Of a stretch of DNA of 64,000 nt, positions 51,710 through 64,000 are shown piece after piece (the stretch's first letter is position 1; every line of letters starts with the position of its first letter). The notes under the pieces are model-generated. The model made no database searches. It was not told where the DNA came from and saw only the letters and a program-made list of their open reading frames with translations. Origin of the DNA: Tricharina praecox (lineage: Eukaryota); NCBI RefSeq assembly GCF_024521635.1, contig NW_026250403.1, forward strand, positions 2,790,001-2,854,000. Direction: 5' to 3'. The position numbers were made by a program, and so were the translations under genes.

Positions 51710-54700
51710 ATGCGCCTCCAAGTCCATGTCTACCCCACCTCTGCTGCGCAGCAGTCACGGGCAGCCTGCAGCTTCCTCGAGATTGCAGCGCCCCACTTGA
51801 CTCTTGAGCAACTGAGTCTGTCGATCTGTCGACGGTACAGAAGGCTGTATCCACACCGCGCGTCGGTCCCCTCCACCCTTCCCCCCACCCGCTTCCATCT
51901 TCATCCCTGGCTAACGCCCGGGAAGAGAATTACAAATCCACAAACTCCAGGATAGCGAATGCAACGACCTGGACCTGTCGTACACAGTGTCGGATGTGTT
52001 CTCGGACAAGTCGGCAAACAAGGTCGATTCCGTCGTGCGCGTGATCCAGGCCAGCAACCTGCGCGAGTCGAGCATCCCGCCGGAGTCCGCGCTGCGACCG
52101 AACTCCTCATGGAAGAGTCACACTGCGTATAAGGGCTCGGTTCTGGGGCCGCTGGACGAGGAGGACCTACTCGACGAGCAGGAGCCGCATGAACAGCGCT
52201 CCAGTAAGAGGCAGAAACTGCAGGAGAAGGAGATGGTGGAGGACTCGTTGGAGGAACGCGATGAGCAGGATGGTCCTAATGGGGTGGGCGCGGAACGCTG
52301 GTTGGGAGACGATGAGGACGAGGCCGAGCATGATGATGACGATGATGACGATGATGACGATGATGACGATGATGACGATGATGAGCATTCGGTGCTGGAG
52401 GATACTTTTCTGCGGATGCATAGTCCTGAGCTGGGCGAAGGGATCAATGGGCTCGCATCGGCTAGGTTCTCACTACCCACCCCCGCCGGCGATGATATCG
52501 AGATCGTCAGTGCCTCACAAACGTTCGTTTCCTCCATGCAGCAATCGAACAGCATGAACGGTGGACCTCCAGCCGAGTTGGAGATCAAAGACGAAACCCA
52601 ATCATCACCTATGTTCCGACGCATAATGGATCCAGTGAGCGCCGGCATAGAATCTCAATCACTGCCGCCCCTGCCACAGATCGAAGTTCCCTCCTCGCAA
52701 TCGACAAACCGTTTACGCTACAGACCTTCTCCGGTCCCCGCGCAGTCTTCACGCCTCCACAGGAACTTCGCTTTCACCACCAGTAACGGGGCAAAACGGA
52801 AGGGCCGCGATATCTATGATTTCCCTTCCACCGACGACGATGTCGAAGAGAATGAAACCCCGCGTCCGCGTATAGGACGCGGAAAGAAGGTCAATAGTGC
52901 TAAGCCTACGAAAGCTGTTCCCGAATCACCGTCTGTGCAGCTGGAACACGAGCATCTCACCTCTAGCCAAAAGAAAACAGGTAATGGGAGCGCTCGCAAA
53001 GCGCGGATGAGAAGGCCGGCCGCGCAACTTGCTGAGGAGGATCATGTTGAGAAGGGGACAGCCGAGAGGGAGGAGACTGAAGCTATTGCTACCGCTGCCG
53101 CTGCCGCCGCCAAGGAACAGGAGCGCCAACAGAAGGAAGCAGCAGAGGCCAGACAGAGAGCTCTTCAAGCTGCCGAAGAGCGCGAGCGTCGGCAAAAAGC
53201 TGAGCAGGCGAGATTGGCGAAGGAGGAGGAGGAACGGCTTGCGAAAGAAGAGGCCGAGAAGGTGCGCCTGGCTAAAGAAGAGGCCGAGAAGCAACGTCTA
53301 GCGAAACAGAAGGACGAAGAGGCAAAACGGAAAGCCCAAGAGGAGGAGAAGGACCGTCTGGCGGCAGAGGCGGCTGCCGAGGAGGAACCCTTGGTGAAGG
53401 AGAAGGCCGAACAAGAACGTTTGGACCAAGAAAAGGAACGTCTTGCAAAAGAAAAGGCTGAAAAGGAACATTTGGCCAACGAGAAGCCTGCCGCGGAACC
53501 TGTTGCGGAAAGGAGGGCTGAGGACGGGCGATCAACGATAGAGAATGAAGAGCGGGAACGCCTAGAAAAGGAAAAGCAGGAAGCAGCCGAGGAGTCTGGA
53601 ACTGATGCCATAAAGAAGCTACAAAACGAGTTGAGGAAGAAGAAGGCTGCTGGGAAAAAGGAGAAGACTCCGAAGGCAAAGGACCGGAAGGCCAACGAGC
53701 TCGAAGAGCAGAAGGCGAAGGAGCTCGAAGAGCAGAAGGCCAAGAAGACGAAGGAGCTCGAAGAGCAGAAGGCCAAGAAGACGAAGGAGCGCGAGGAACA
53801 GAAGGCCAAGAAGACGCAGGAGCGAGAAGAACAGAAGGCCAAGAGGACAAAGGAGCTCGAAGAGCAGAAGGCTAAGAAGACAAAGGGGCTCGAAGAGCAG
53901 AAAACAAAAGAGACAGTTCAGAAAGCTAAGGATCACGAGCAGCAGAAAGCGAAGGGAAAACATGTGAAAGATGAAGTCACCCCAACAGCTACCAAGTCTG
54001 AAGCTATGACTGTCAAACCAGAAGTTACGGCAACGAAAAAGCGTGCTAGAAAGGACAGCCTGCCTACTGGGGATGGCAAGATATCTCCGGATGCGAAGGT
54101 CTCCAATAAGAAAGTACGGACGCATTCACCCGTAGCTGTACGCCAAAGCCAGTCATCTTCTACACCCTCAGCCGAACGAGATATGGGTCCTCCTCCAGTT
54201 CCGAACTCCGCCATGAAACGAAGCAACCTTAAGAAGGAGCTATCTTCCCAAGAGCCCCTGTCAGCCAGCAAAAAGAGAAATTCCGTTTCCTTTGCCGAAA
54301 ACATGCCCAGCAGTCAAGGGTTTCCTGGTTCCTCGGCTCCAACCATGAGCTCAACCCCTACTCCGATTGCTCGTCCCTTAAAGCGGACACCCATTGTATG
54401 TCCATTGCCCGCCGCAACCCCAATGTCCTCTATAAACCCTTCGCTCCGAACTGTCACACCAATTCTCCCTCCCGGCTCTGTCAGACCTTCTGAAAAGAAG
54501 GAGGTTGTGACAGCGAGAAAACCGCCGACCCACAAGCCCGAATCTAGTTCTGAATCGGAATCCGAATCAGGATCGGGCAGTGAATCTGAAAACGAGGCAG
54601 TTCCCAGGGCGTTGCTGTCAGCCAAAGTCGCCGCTCCTACTAAGCCAAAGGTAAGCAGAAAGCTGCTGGTGGTCGAATCCAACCTAAAGGCCTCCACCAA

Positions 54701-55523
54701 GAAGGCAAATACTCCTACAGCGGGCTCTGCACCGGTCCCAACAAATAACAACGGTTCCGATGTCGAAATGCAGGATGCTCCTCCTCCTTCCACCGCCCCA
54801 GTCTCTTTGAAAGCGACGAGACCAAAGACGCCCTCTGCTACCGCTAGGGTCTCACATGCTGCCCCGGTTGCCAAAAGTGCGCCTCACGTCGTTTCTAGTG
54901 ACTCGGAATCAGAAGACGACGACGAGATGAAGCCACCTCCGTCAGCGCAGATTTCCAAGTCCGAGCCGCCGCAGAGCTCGCAAGCCTCTAAGTTGGTTGG
55001 CGCCAAAAAGCCAGTGGCTGCCACTGTGGCGGATGACTCGGACTCGGGTTCAGACACCGGCTCAGAATCCGATGACCACGATGATGAACCGACTAGCACT
55101 AACAAGGCAGCTTCTGCGCTGAATTCCCTTCTTGGAAAAGCCAAATCCACCGCACAGTCGCTCGTCAAGTCGAAAGCGATTTCTCCAGCAATGACCAAGA
55201 AGCTCAGCTCCCTTGGAGACCTAGAGAGCCGAGTGAAGTTTGACGTCCGAGAAATTCACCCATCTCAACAGGTAACGCAGCAAGCATCGCAATCCACTCC
55301 AAGTTCCCAATCGACAGCCAAAAACGTCAACTCTGTAACGAAACGAGTCATCGAGCCGGAGTCGGAGTCGGAGTCTGGGTCGGAGTCGGAGTCAGCCTCA
55401 GATTCTGACAGTGATGCCGACTCAAAATCGAAGGCAGCGATCCCGGACCACAAGAAGGCTGGTTCCAACAAAAAGAAGCCGGCGGGTGCAATGGGATTCG
55501 GACGAATATTTTCGGGGGTATGA
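51710..55523 (+). CDS. Dnt1/Net1/Tof2-like nucleolar protein (Cdc14-binding-type N-terminal domain); join(51710..51861,51926..55523)
   Basis: Spliced N-terminus MRLQVHVYP...FLEI...LTLEQLSLSICRRYRRLYP...LQIHKLQDSECNDLDLSYTVSDVF fits the Net1/Tof2/Dnt1 N-terminal domain; then acidic tract, long E/K/A coiled coil, S/D/E blocks and a KKKP..MGFGRIF tail. Confidence 0.78.
53695..53910 (+). repeat. Coding 33-bp tandem repeat (KELEEQKAKKT)n
   Basis: About six imperfect copies of AAGGAGCTCGAAGAGCAGAAGGCCAAGAAGACG within the Dnt1-like CDS. Confidence 0.9.
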
Positions 55524-56366
55524 AGACAATCAATCTCCACAGTCCATAGTGACTGACCCAATACTGCGGAAAGTTATTTGAAGTCCTGTTTCGCTCCTTT
55601 GTGTGAACATCTGTGGGGAATGGAGCGTGCATCAAAAGTACTATGTTTTTTTCTCTTCTTCTTTCTTGATTTCTCTTTCCTTTCTGTTTTTCTGTGTGTG
55701 TGTCCATTGTGTATTTCTTAATGTGACATTGGAGGCGAAGTGGGCGTCTTTTCTTCCCAGCGGGTTGCTGCTGTAGCTTGAGGCGTACGAAGGAAGTGGG
55801 GTTTGCATGCAGGGTGAGTACGAAGATAATGTACCTAGAGTATCTACCAGATAAGGGGTGATGGTTGAACGAAAGTGGCTAGGAACCCGATCGCTCTTCC
55901 CTTCATACCTCGATGAGTGATGCCACGTGATGTCAATGTAACAGCTTTCACTTCTGCTTGATCAGAACGCTGGACAGTCACGAGACAATTCATTGTGAGC
56001 CTGTGTCTCCTGACTCCGGCCCCTTCCCGGATCATGATGTGGATCTTATTTTGTCTTCATTCCATCCTGTCATGTTTCAAATGGCATTCCTGTGCCACCC
56101 GATGTCTCAGCCCGCCTGACGGGGGACGCCCGGGAGATCAATTCTGACAGACACATGCCGGCTAGTAGCTATGATCGATGGCGGGAAATCACTCGGTCCG
56201 TGTTTATTTATGTCTTACTGTTGCGTTGTGTTGGAAAGTATGAACAAATATTGTAGATATTGAGACTCGAGAGTCTGAAGGTCTCGAGAGAAGACAGAAA
56301 AGAGAAGTGGTAGGCGGCCAGTGCTTCCCGCTGTCATGACTGAGTAACCGACTAAAGAACGAAAGA

Positions 56367-56416
56367 CTAAGAAACGGACGCCTAAGAAACGGACGCCTAA
56401 GAAACGGACGCCTAAG
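56367..56416. repeat. 15-bp tandem repeat CTAAGAAACGGACGC x3
   Basis: Three near-perfect copies in the intergenic region upstream of the YTH gene. Confidence 0.9.
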
Positions 56417-57519
56417 GAGCGAACGACTCGATATTTCAACACGTTGCTTGCCGAGTGGCCCGAGTCATTGCCCATGAATGCTTCCGGCCGAAGGGGCGTT
56501 ATTTGGACATGTCTCCTCGATGTTTCTGGACACCTTATGGAGTATCTGTACTTCCCATACATCCCAAGCTACTGGTAGCTATGGTGGCGAGACCACATCG
56601 TGTAAATACTTCTTCGGCCTCAGTTCCTTCCAAATGCCTCACTTACCCAGATCTTTGTTTGTCCCCTGCCGCTCCAATACAGATGATCTGCACAGTGGCA
56701 GTATAGAATACAGCACATGTAAGTATGAACCGGCACTCTATCTATATACCATTCTTCACTTTTCCTCTGCCAGGGGTCGAGCAGCTTTCGTGTAACGTGA
56801 TTTGACATGCAAAATCCGCTGCAATGTTGGGAATCTCTATCCATTCATCCATAGATCTCGGGCATTCCCCTTCACCCCTCTCATCTGTTGTCCCCTCGCC
56901 TCATCCCCCCACCCCACCCCCCCGCATACATCTCTGAAAGTCCTCTGTATTCGCATTACTTACCTCTTCTTCACCACCCAGCTCGGAAATCCGCCTGCAC
57001 CCGCAGAGCAAAGACCTCCACCCGCACGCGAACGTCATTGCTTAGGGTTCCTTGTCCGTCTTGGGCCGTTACCTGAACAGGCGAAACTAGCTCGCTCGCG
57101 GGCAACGCTACTCTTAATTGCAACTGCTCCCACCCTCCATTTTTCGCCTCCCTGAGCGCTTTGGCTTGTTCTCCCTCCCCTCCTGCTACACGCACTTCTG
57201 TCCTGTCATCTGGACACTCAACTCCAACACCCCCCAGCAGTTGCCGTCGCAGTACCAATCGCGTCTTTCAGTCTCACTGAACCTCGCTACCCTTCCCGCA
57301 AGCCGTCTGTTCGCTTTACGAGAGCCAACTCGAGCTCTCAATTGAGTTTGCCAGCCGTTCTTGAACATACCGAAAAGACTAGACACGTCGTTGAGATCGA
57401 GCACTATCCGCATCCATCGAATATATATCTGCGGATGCGATTGTCCGATATCGACTCCTTAACCTGGGAACAGTAAGCAAGAACACTTCACACAATTCAT
57501 TCACACCCGCAAAGTCGTC

Positions 57520-60500
57520 ATGGTGCGCAATAAACACATATCTGACGAAGGTACCTCGAATTCTCGTAGAGAATCGTCGTATCGAGGTCGTGGCCGAGGC
57601 CGTGGACGGGGGAGGTACTCTAAGAACTACCGGGGCAACTACCACAATAGCAGCGACCAGTCGGATTACCCCCAGCAGCATTACAAGTCAAAAAATTACG
57701 CGGATAACAGATCGTACCCGGAAGACGAGGATCAATACGAGGAACAAATAACTGCCAGAGGTGAAAGCATGGAAGACCTCTACGACGATAGACCTAACCA
57801 AGACAACATGGAAGGCGTCAACGAGGGTCGCTCTCTGCAGGATCGCATTTCCATGCCCAAGAACGACCACTATTCTGGTCACGAGGGTGCAGATGATCAT
57901 GCAATGGTATCGTCTATCTGATATCCCCGTTATCGCGTGACGCGGAGCTCTGATCTGACCCTGTGCGACGTTTGAGCAGGATGATGCGTCGAGGTATGAG
58001 AACACTGTTGAGAGCGAGTACCGCACCGGACAACTGCCGCCGGCTCGCGATGATGGTACTGGAGGCGCCAACAAGGAATCCGGCGCCTCGAAGAAAGAAG
58101 CAAACCCTGAGGAATTGAGGCAGAAAGTTCTGGAATCGTTGGCAGAGAAGAAAAAGAAAGCAGCAGAGTTCATGAACATGGAGAAGGAAGGAGCATCCAT
58201 ACACAAGGACCAGCCTACTGTCAACAAGGCCACTGGCAGCAATTCCGGTGAGGGCAACGGAGAACCGATCAATCCCGAGAGAGACGCTGCTGTTGATGCA
58301 CTCTTGGCCACTTTCGGACCGGGCAAGGACAAGAACGGTGCAGGAGAAACCGCCAGCAGGAAGAATTCCGGCACAGATGCTGCACCGATTCACATCTCAG
58401 ACACAGCGGATGCCCAACAGTCGAAGCATGAACAATACAAATTGGATGAGCCTAGGCCGTCTTCTCGTGGCGATAAAAAACAGGGATCTAGACGGGCCTC
58501 GGACTATGGCCACAAATACGATGACCATGACAGACACAGAGACAGTCGAGAGACTCATGGCAGATCCAGAGATCCGTCACTTTCATCCGGCAGACACGAC
58601 CAACGTGGAGAGGGTCGAAAGCCGTTTGGGTACGACGATGATGAGAGAAGGGGTGGCGGTGGCGGTGGCGGTGGCGGTGGCGGAGGAAGACACGACCCGC
58701 GCTACCGCTACGATCGTGACAGATTTGAGGACGCAAATTACTCAAAGGAAACCAAAGGTCCAGGCAGTTCGAGCGGCCGTAAAGCTGTGATTGATCGCTA
58801 TCAACCCGTCACCGACGATCGCAGGGACCCAAGAGATCCGCGAAATATCAGAGACCCCGCAGGCACCCGCGAAATGGTACCCTTCAGGGGCCCCGAGGGT
58901 TCTAGAGTCGATCACTCCAAGGGTGCTTACGGTGCAATGAAGCCTCCACGGTATCCAACTGATCCGAATGTGCAAGATGTTGAGTACAACGGCATAGGCC
59001 GGGAGTATCCTCCTGTCTATCCAAGTGCTGCTCCGCGTTATCCCCCACGCGATGACCCCCGGTACGCACCAACGGCGGTGCCTCGCCCTGCCGAGACGGA
59101 TTATGCGGTCATGTACTACAGAGACCTTACTGAATGGCTTGAAATCACTGGTTACCACGATTACGCTTATCGGCAAATGCACCTTCAGCGCAATCGCGAA
59201 GCGCGTGCGCTTGAGGAAAGCCGTTACGCTTTGGAACCTGGATATCCCCCTCGAATCGGTAGGGTTGAGGAATCAGGACTACGAAGCTCTATGTACGCTA
59301 TGCCTCCTCCCCCGCTCACACCCGGCACCTGGGATGACAGAGAGGCTGCCGCCAAACGAGGTCTTCCTGCAATTCCTCCTATCCGATCGGGTTACCCACC
59401 AATGCCTGATGATCGGGGAAGCTACCGTGGAGACGAATTGCTCTCCGGAGGAAAACCAGGTGTGCTTAAGAGGCGCCCTAGAGAAGAAGAATTTGGAGAG
59501 CCACCGCATTCTGCCAAATCAGCGCGTCACAATTACGAAAGCTCTCACCGATACGGGGCAGATGGTGGTTCCAGACAAGGAGATGATGCTGGTGACGAAA
59601 CCGAAGCAGTGCGTCAAGTTCTGTCTCGAAGGATCGCCTCTGCTCGCGATCGAGATGCATCTCCCAGCGCTGCCGATCGAGCTCGGAGGCGTAGCATGAG
59701 TCCCCGGGGAGCTTCATATGACGACCACCAGAGGGACTTCTTCAAAGGCAATAGAAGTCCTAATCCATCTCCGAGGTTTGAGCATGGAAGGGGCCGGGCT
59801 ACTCCAAAATACACGCCCCGGGATGATTTCAAAAAGCCATTCCGTCCGAGGCGCGATTCGCTAGGCGAGTCGTCGGCCCCCTTTGAGAGAAAACCGTATG
59901 GCCGTGGCAGGGGAAGGGGCATGTACAAGGACCACATGCAGTACGATAGGAATGAACACCACTTTTACGACAGGAGAAACAACCAGAACATGGGAGAGCT
60001 TATGGAGATAGACAGACCTTCCGGATTCCCAGGTGGTGAGCTACACTCTCAAATTTAGTTGGATTCAGCAATAGACACGCAAGTATGGACGCTTACCATC
60101 ATGCCAGAATCAACGAGGAACTCGGAAATTAGATACTTCATGATCAAGAGCTTCAATCAGGATAACGTCAAGATGGCTCAGCAAGATGTAATGAATTTTC
60201 TCAAAGCCGTCTCCGTTATCTCTCATGCTGACCAATGGCTTGCTTTTCACTGGAATAGAACATCTGGGCCACTCAACAGAAGAATGCCGAAGTTCTTGAA
60301 CAAGCCTTCAAGGAATCCCGTGATGTCCTTCTATTCTTCTCCATCAACAAGAGCGGGAAATTCCAGGGCTACGTGCGTATCCTGTCTAGGTCTCTACCTC
60401 GCGAATGAACCGTACTAACTCTACTGATCCAGGCACGTATGGAAGGACTGCCTGGATCGGCACCTGTTCCTATGTGGGCTAAGAACCTGCTTTGGGAATC

Positions 60501-60723
60501 ATCTGGACCGTTCCGCATCAAATGGATATCCATCACTGACATCAGCTTCCATCGTGTGGCCCATCTCAAGAACCGTCTCAACGAGAATCAACCCGTGTTG
60601 ATTGGACGTGATGGTCAGGAGATCGATCCGGACTGTGGAGCCGCTTTGTGCAAGACCATTGATGAGGCGTCAGCATTCAGGAAGCTCCACGGGGGCAACA
60701 ATCATAAAAACAACGACGAATAA
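57520..60723 (+). CDS. YTH-domain RNA-binding protein (YTHDC-type); join(57520..57906,57980..60035,60108..60187,60259..60372,60433..60723)
   Basis: Spliced C-terminus RYFMIKSFNQDNVKMAQQDNIWATQQKNAEVLEQAFKESRDVLLFFSINKSGKFQGYARM...PMW...GPFRIKWI...HLKNRLNENQPVLIGRDGQEI is a YTH domain; long disordered N-terminus with RGRGRG boxes. Confidence 0.93.
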
Positions 60724-62439
60724 TTTCAGGAGAACAAGGAGCAAGCTCAACGTCACGCTGCATGAAATTACTCCACGTCACTTTTAAATGTCAACAAGTT
60801 GTTGCAACAGAAGGGAAATACATTCGGAAGGTATAACTTCGAACTTGTAAGATCATGGTTTTAGGGACTCTTTACCCTCCCAATCGATATGGCGGAAATC
60901 GATCGTTTTTGCAGGAGGTTTTATGCCCGGCATCTACTCAATTTACCGCGGTTGGGCGTTCTCCTTTTCATGGAACCAAAGAAAACGGATGGATGGATAG
61001 AGTGATTGAGGGAGCGAGCGAGAGCTTCCTTCATTCAGATACTTGTACCGCGAATTTCGCCTCTTGCTTGCTTTCGTTTGGGTTTTGTTTTTTAGTTGTA
61101 GTTTCACGTTGTAATTCATCTTTTTTTTTCCTTGCATTTTTTTCTAGGGTCTTGCGATCGCTTCTTGCTTGAATGTACTTTTCTACGGGGCATCGAACTG
61201 TTTCGGTGTCATGGTGCGTACCGGTAAGTACGATAATTTACTCGATTCCATTACTTGTAGTAGTTTTGATCGATCACTTACTTACATACTTCTTAATTAT
61301 TGATGCCGTGTGCTTGAGGTTTGATTGTCAGACGGCTGGAAAAACGAACACTTGCTTTGGTGGGTGACCGTGTGCAGAGCGCAGGACGCAGATGGTTCTT
61401 GCTACCCCGTAATACCTGAAGGAGGGCATTGAACCAACGGCCGATCTGCTCTATCGGCTCGCATATGTACCGGCGATCCACACTCAACGAACGGACGAGT
61501 GAGGCCAGCGGCTAGCGGCCAACCAAGCCCTCCGAGTCTGACGCACTTGATGCATTTTTTTTTGATTAGACTGTATGTACCCGATCATGAATCATGATAT
61601 GTAGCCCCAAGTGCAACAAATACTGTCTCCCTCAGGCAGAGTCAGGCCGGGCAAAGGCGGTTGGTCTGTCCGATGGGGTTACCTCATCCTCATCCCCGGC
61701 ACCCGCAACAACAGAAGGAAAGAAAGATACCTAGGTGAAGGTAATGACGCAAGGGAAGTCGCACAGTTTGCCCTTGACGGCTGGCGCATCTGTTGGGCAT
61801 CCGCAGCTGCATCCGCATCCGCGTCCTCGCCGCCCTCGCCGTTCTCCCTTCGTATTGTACTTATGTACGGACCTACGGACCTTCCGACCTCCGTCCGTAC
61901 TCCTCAACAGTTCTGGTACCTAGTTCTGGTACAATTAGAGTTTGGGCTGCATCTTCCGTTCACGAGTCACGGCGATCTTGATTATCTAGACACTTCCACT
62001 TCCACGGGCTTCAAGCTTTTTTGGGTTTTTGTTTAATCATTGATTGCATGCGACCTAGTTACTATAGAGTAAATCGTGGCACAATATGCAAAACGCCCTT
62101 CAATTTTCAAAGCCTCCCATCCATCTATCCACAACGTGTCACCCGTTGAACCGAGTGACATAATGTGTAAACAAAACTTCCCCCCCCAACCTGACCCCCG
62201 GGGTTTTGGTAATGGTAATCATGGGTGATGTCCCCAACAGTGTGCCTATACATATGTCAGCTATTTGAGGCTCTCGTGATGCCGTCTTAGTGGAACTTGG
62301 GCTCGGGACCTCGGGTACGGCATCCTGACTACCTACCTGTGTACCAATCATGCATTCCCGTACCGAGCCCCGACGGTACATATAAAATACTGCTCTGCTG
62401 ATAGTTATGGCAAGATCAAGATACTACCCAGTTTTATCC

Positions 62440-62920
62440 ATCGTCTGGTCGGGACGGCCGTCCGGGCGGGACAGACGGCCAAAACGCCGTCCCGTCCGAG
62501 CCTGGGACGGACGGTTGCAAAAGTTGTCCGTCCGGTCCGAGGCGGTGCCGGACGGGGCCGGTTCCCATCCGACGGTAGAGGACGACCGTCCAAGTCAGGT
62601 GAATATGATTCAACTGATTGATGATTTCTTAGCACCGATATCCTTCACACCACCGCGTCAGTTCATCCCTCGCCGCTCCAGAAGCTGTGAAAAGTAGCAA
62701 TATTTAGGCTCGGACGGACGGGACAAAAGTAGTCTGTCCCTTATATCCGCCAACTTGCTGGACGGGACGGGATTAGACTGTAGTCCGTCCCGTCCGACCT
62801 TACTGGTGGACTACCTACCGGTAGTCCGTCCACCAGACACCTCCGGAGTCCGGACGGACTGGATGTACCATGTTTGCAGTCCAGTCCCGTCCGTGGGTCC
62901 GGACGGACTGGACCGGACTA
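62440..62920. mobile_element. Possible degenerate fold-back/MITE-like element rich in GGACG/CGTCC inverted repeats
   Basis: Many GGACGG(G)AC and GTCCGTCC units in both orientations forming local hairpins (GGACGGGACGG...CCGTCCCGTCC near 62760-62795; CTGGTGGAC...GTCCACCAG near 62803-62836); no TIR/TSD pair established. Confidence 0.35.
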
Positions 62921-64000
62921 GGTATGTAGAACACCGCATGCAGGAACACTTTTTGACCTTTGGTGCCGCTGGCTATGGTTCGGGAGAGAGGGGGGGCAGG
63001 TTGGGCCCTGTCACGGGCTCGATCGTGCACGCTTTCCAAGTCTAAGTGACTGCTACATACATATCACCGTCGGGGGGCTTCGACTGAGCAAAAGCCGCCA
63101 CTCTTATAGCATACATAGCCACAACGAAGAGTTCTGGCAGCAGCAGTCTGCACGGAGCGGCCCGGTAGGCAGCGACTTGATGATACATACCTGTAGACTG
63201 CGTTCTGTCGAGCACGCACGCAGATTTTGTCACCGGACTGGACTGGACTGGATTGGACTGGATTGGACTGGGCGTCTGATGGGCGGTGAATGATCATTGA
63301 TACCCCGTGATGAGCCAGACACGGCACAGTATAATACAGCAACCGGTTGGTCGGCCTGCTGAGCACTAACACGGTTTGTACACTCGGGAGGGGGTTGGTC
63401 CTCTCATACCCCGCGGAATCCCGAAGAACCGGCTTTTACCAGTTCCATTCCAAGTTCTTCGGTCCTGGAAGCGATCGCCTATCAGCACATGCTATGGGGT
63501 AATCTGATAGGTATAGATAGGGCCTAATCTTCCGCTGTCATGCCCCGGATACCGTATCTGCTTCCGCCGAAGCTGTGGACGGCCTGTTGTGTTGTCAGGG
63601 CACCCGGTACTTCGCTTTCACCCCGCCCCGCCGGAATCGGACTGATAGGTAGCTCCAAACTTCAATCATTTCGAAACGTAGACCGCCGCGTAGGTATCTG
63701 GGAATTAACTTTGAGGACCGCCGATCCAGACCTACATTGGGAATATGGGGGAACCATCTGAGCAAACGTCCTCAACAGCCATCACGCCTTCGCACGCCCA
63801 CAGCGCCGTCGCCGTCGCCCTCGGGAGATGGAAGCAGCAGCAGCAGCGTTTGTGCCGAGCATCCTTCGTATCCAGATTCGACGGCGACGGCGGCAGCAAA
63901 ACATTGAAAGTTGAAACCGCCGATGCCGCGAGATCCCCTCCCTCCCCGCAGCGATAAATGCACATTGCACATTGCAGGGCGGATCTGCCAATGAACGTCC

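Noticed and set aside
52118-55561. Long antisense ORFs within the Dnt1-like gene (also opposite stuA, som1, OB-fold and YTH genes)
   Set aside because: Shadow ORFs produced by codon bias and repeats of the sense gene.
56367-56416. Direct repeats as a CRISPR-like array
   Set aside because: Contiguous tandem units without spacers, in a eukaryotic genome.

Overview
Intron-containing eukaryotic DNA from a filamentous ascomycete (Pezizomycotina; the microsatellite-rich intergenic style suggests Pezizomycetes, which is a guess). The first ~14 kb has no recognisable gene and is packed with simple repeats; it lies upstream of the APSES developmental regulator stuA (16015-18654). Downstream I could splice-assemble by eye: mitochondrial carrier MME1-like, a two-TM hypothetical protein, U5 snRNP WD40 protein (SNRNP40/Spf38) head-to-head with BET3, the LisH regulator som1/somA (Flo8 family), an Hsp9/Hsp12 protein, a LITAF-domain protein, a probable CorA-like pseudogene, an OB-fold protein, cis-prenyltransferase RER2, a Cys-rich single-pass membrane protein, a Dnt1/Net1-like nucleolar protein and a YTH-domain protein. 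Most interesting observations: (i) a ~1.9 kb ATG-free stuA leader with an in-frame CUG in ideal context, suggesting a non-AUG N-terminal extension; (ii) an OB-fold protein whose N-terminus resembles the REV7/SHLD3-binding N-terminus of vertebrate shieldin subunit SHLD2; (iii) strong enrichment of the 8-mer CTAGAGTA upstream of stuA; (iv) stuA and its pathway partner som1 only ~16 kb apart, both with long ATG-depleted leaders. Exon coordinates were read manually and family calls are by motif recognition, not database search.
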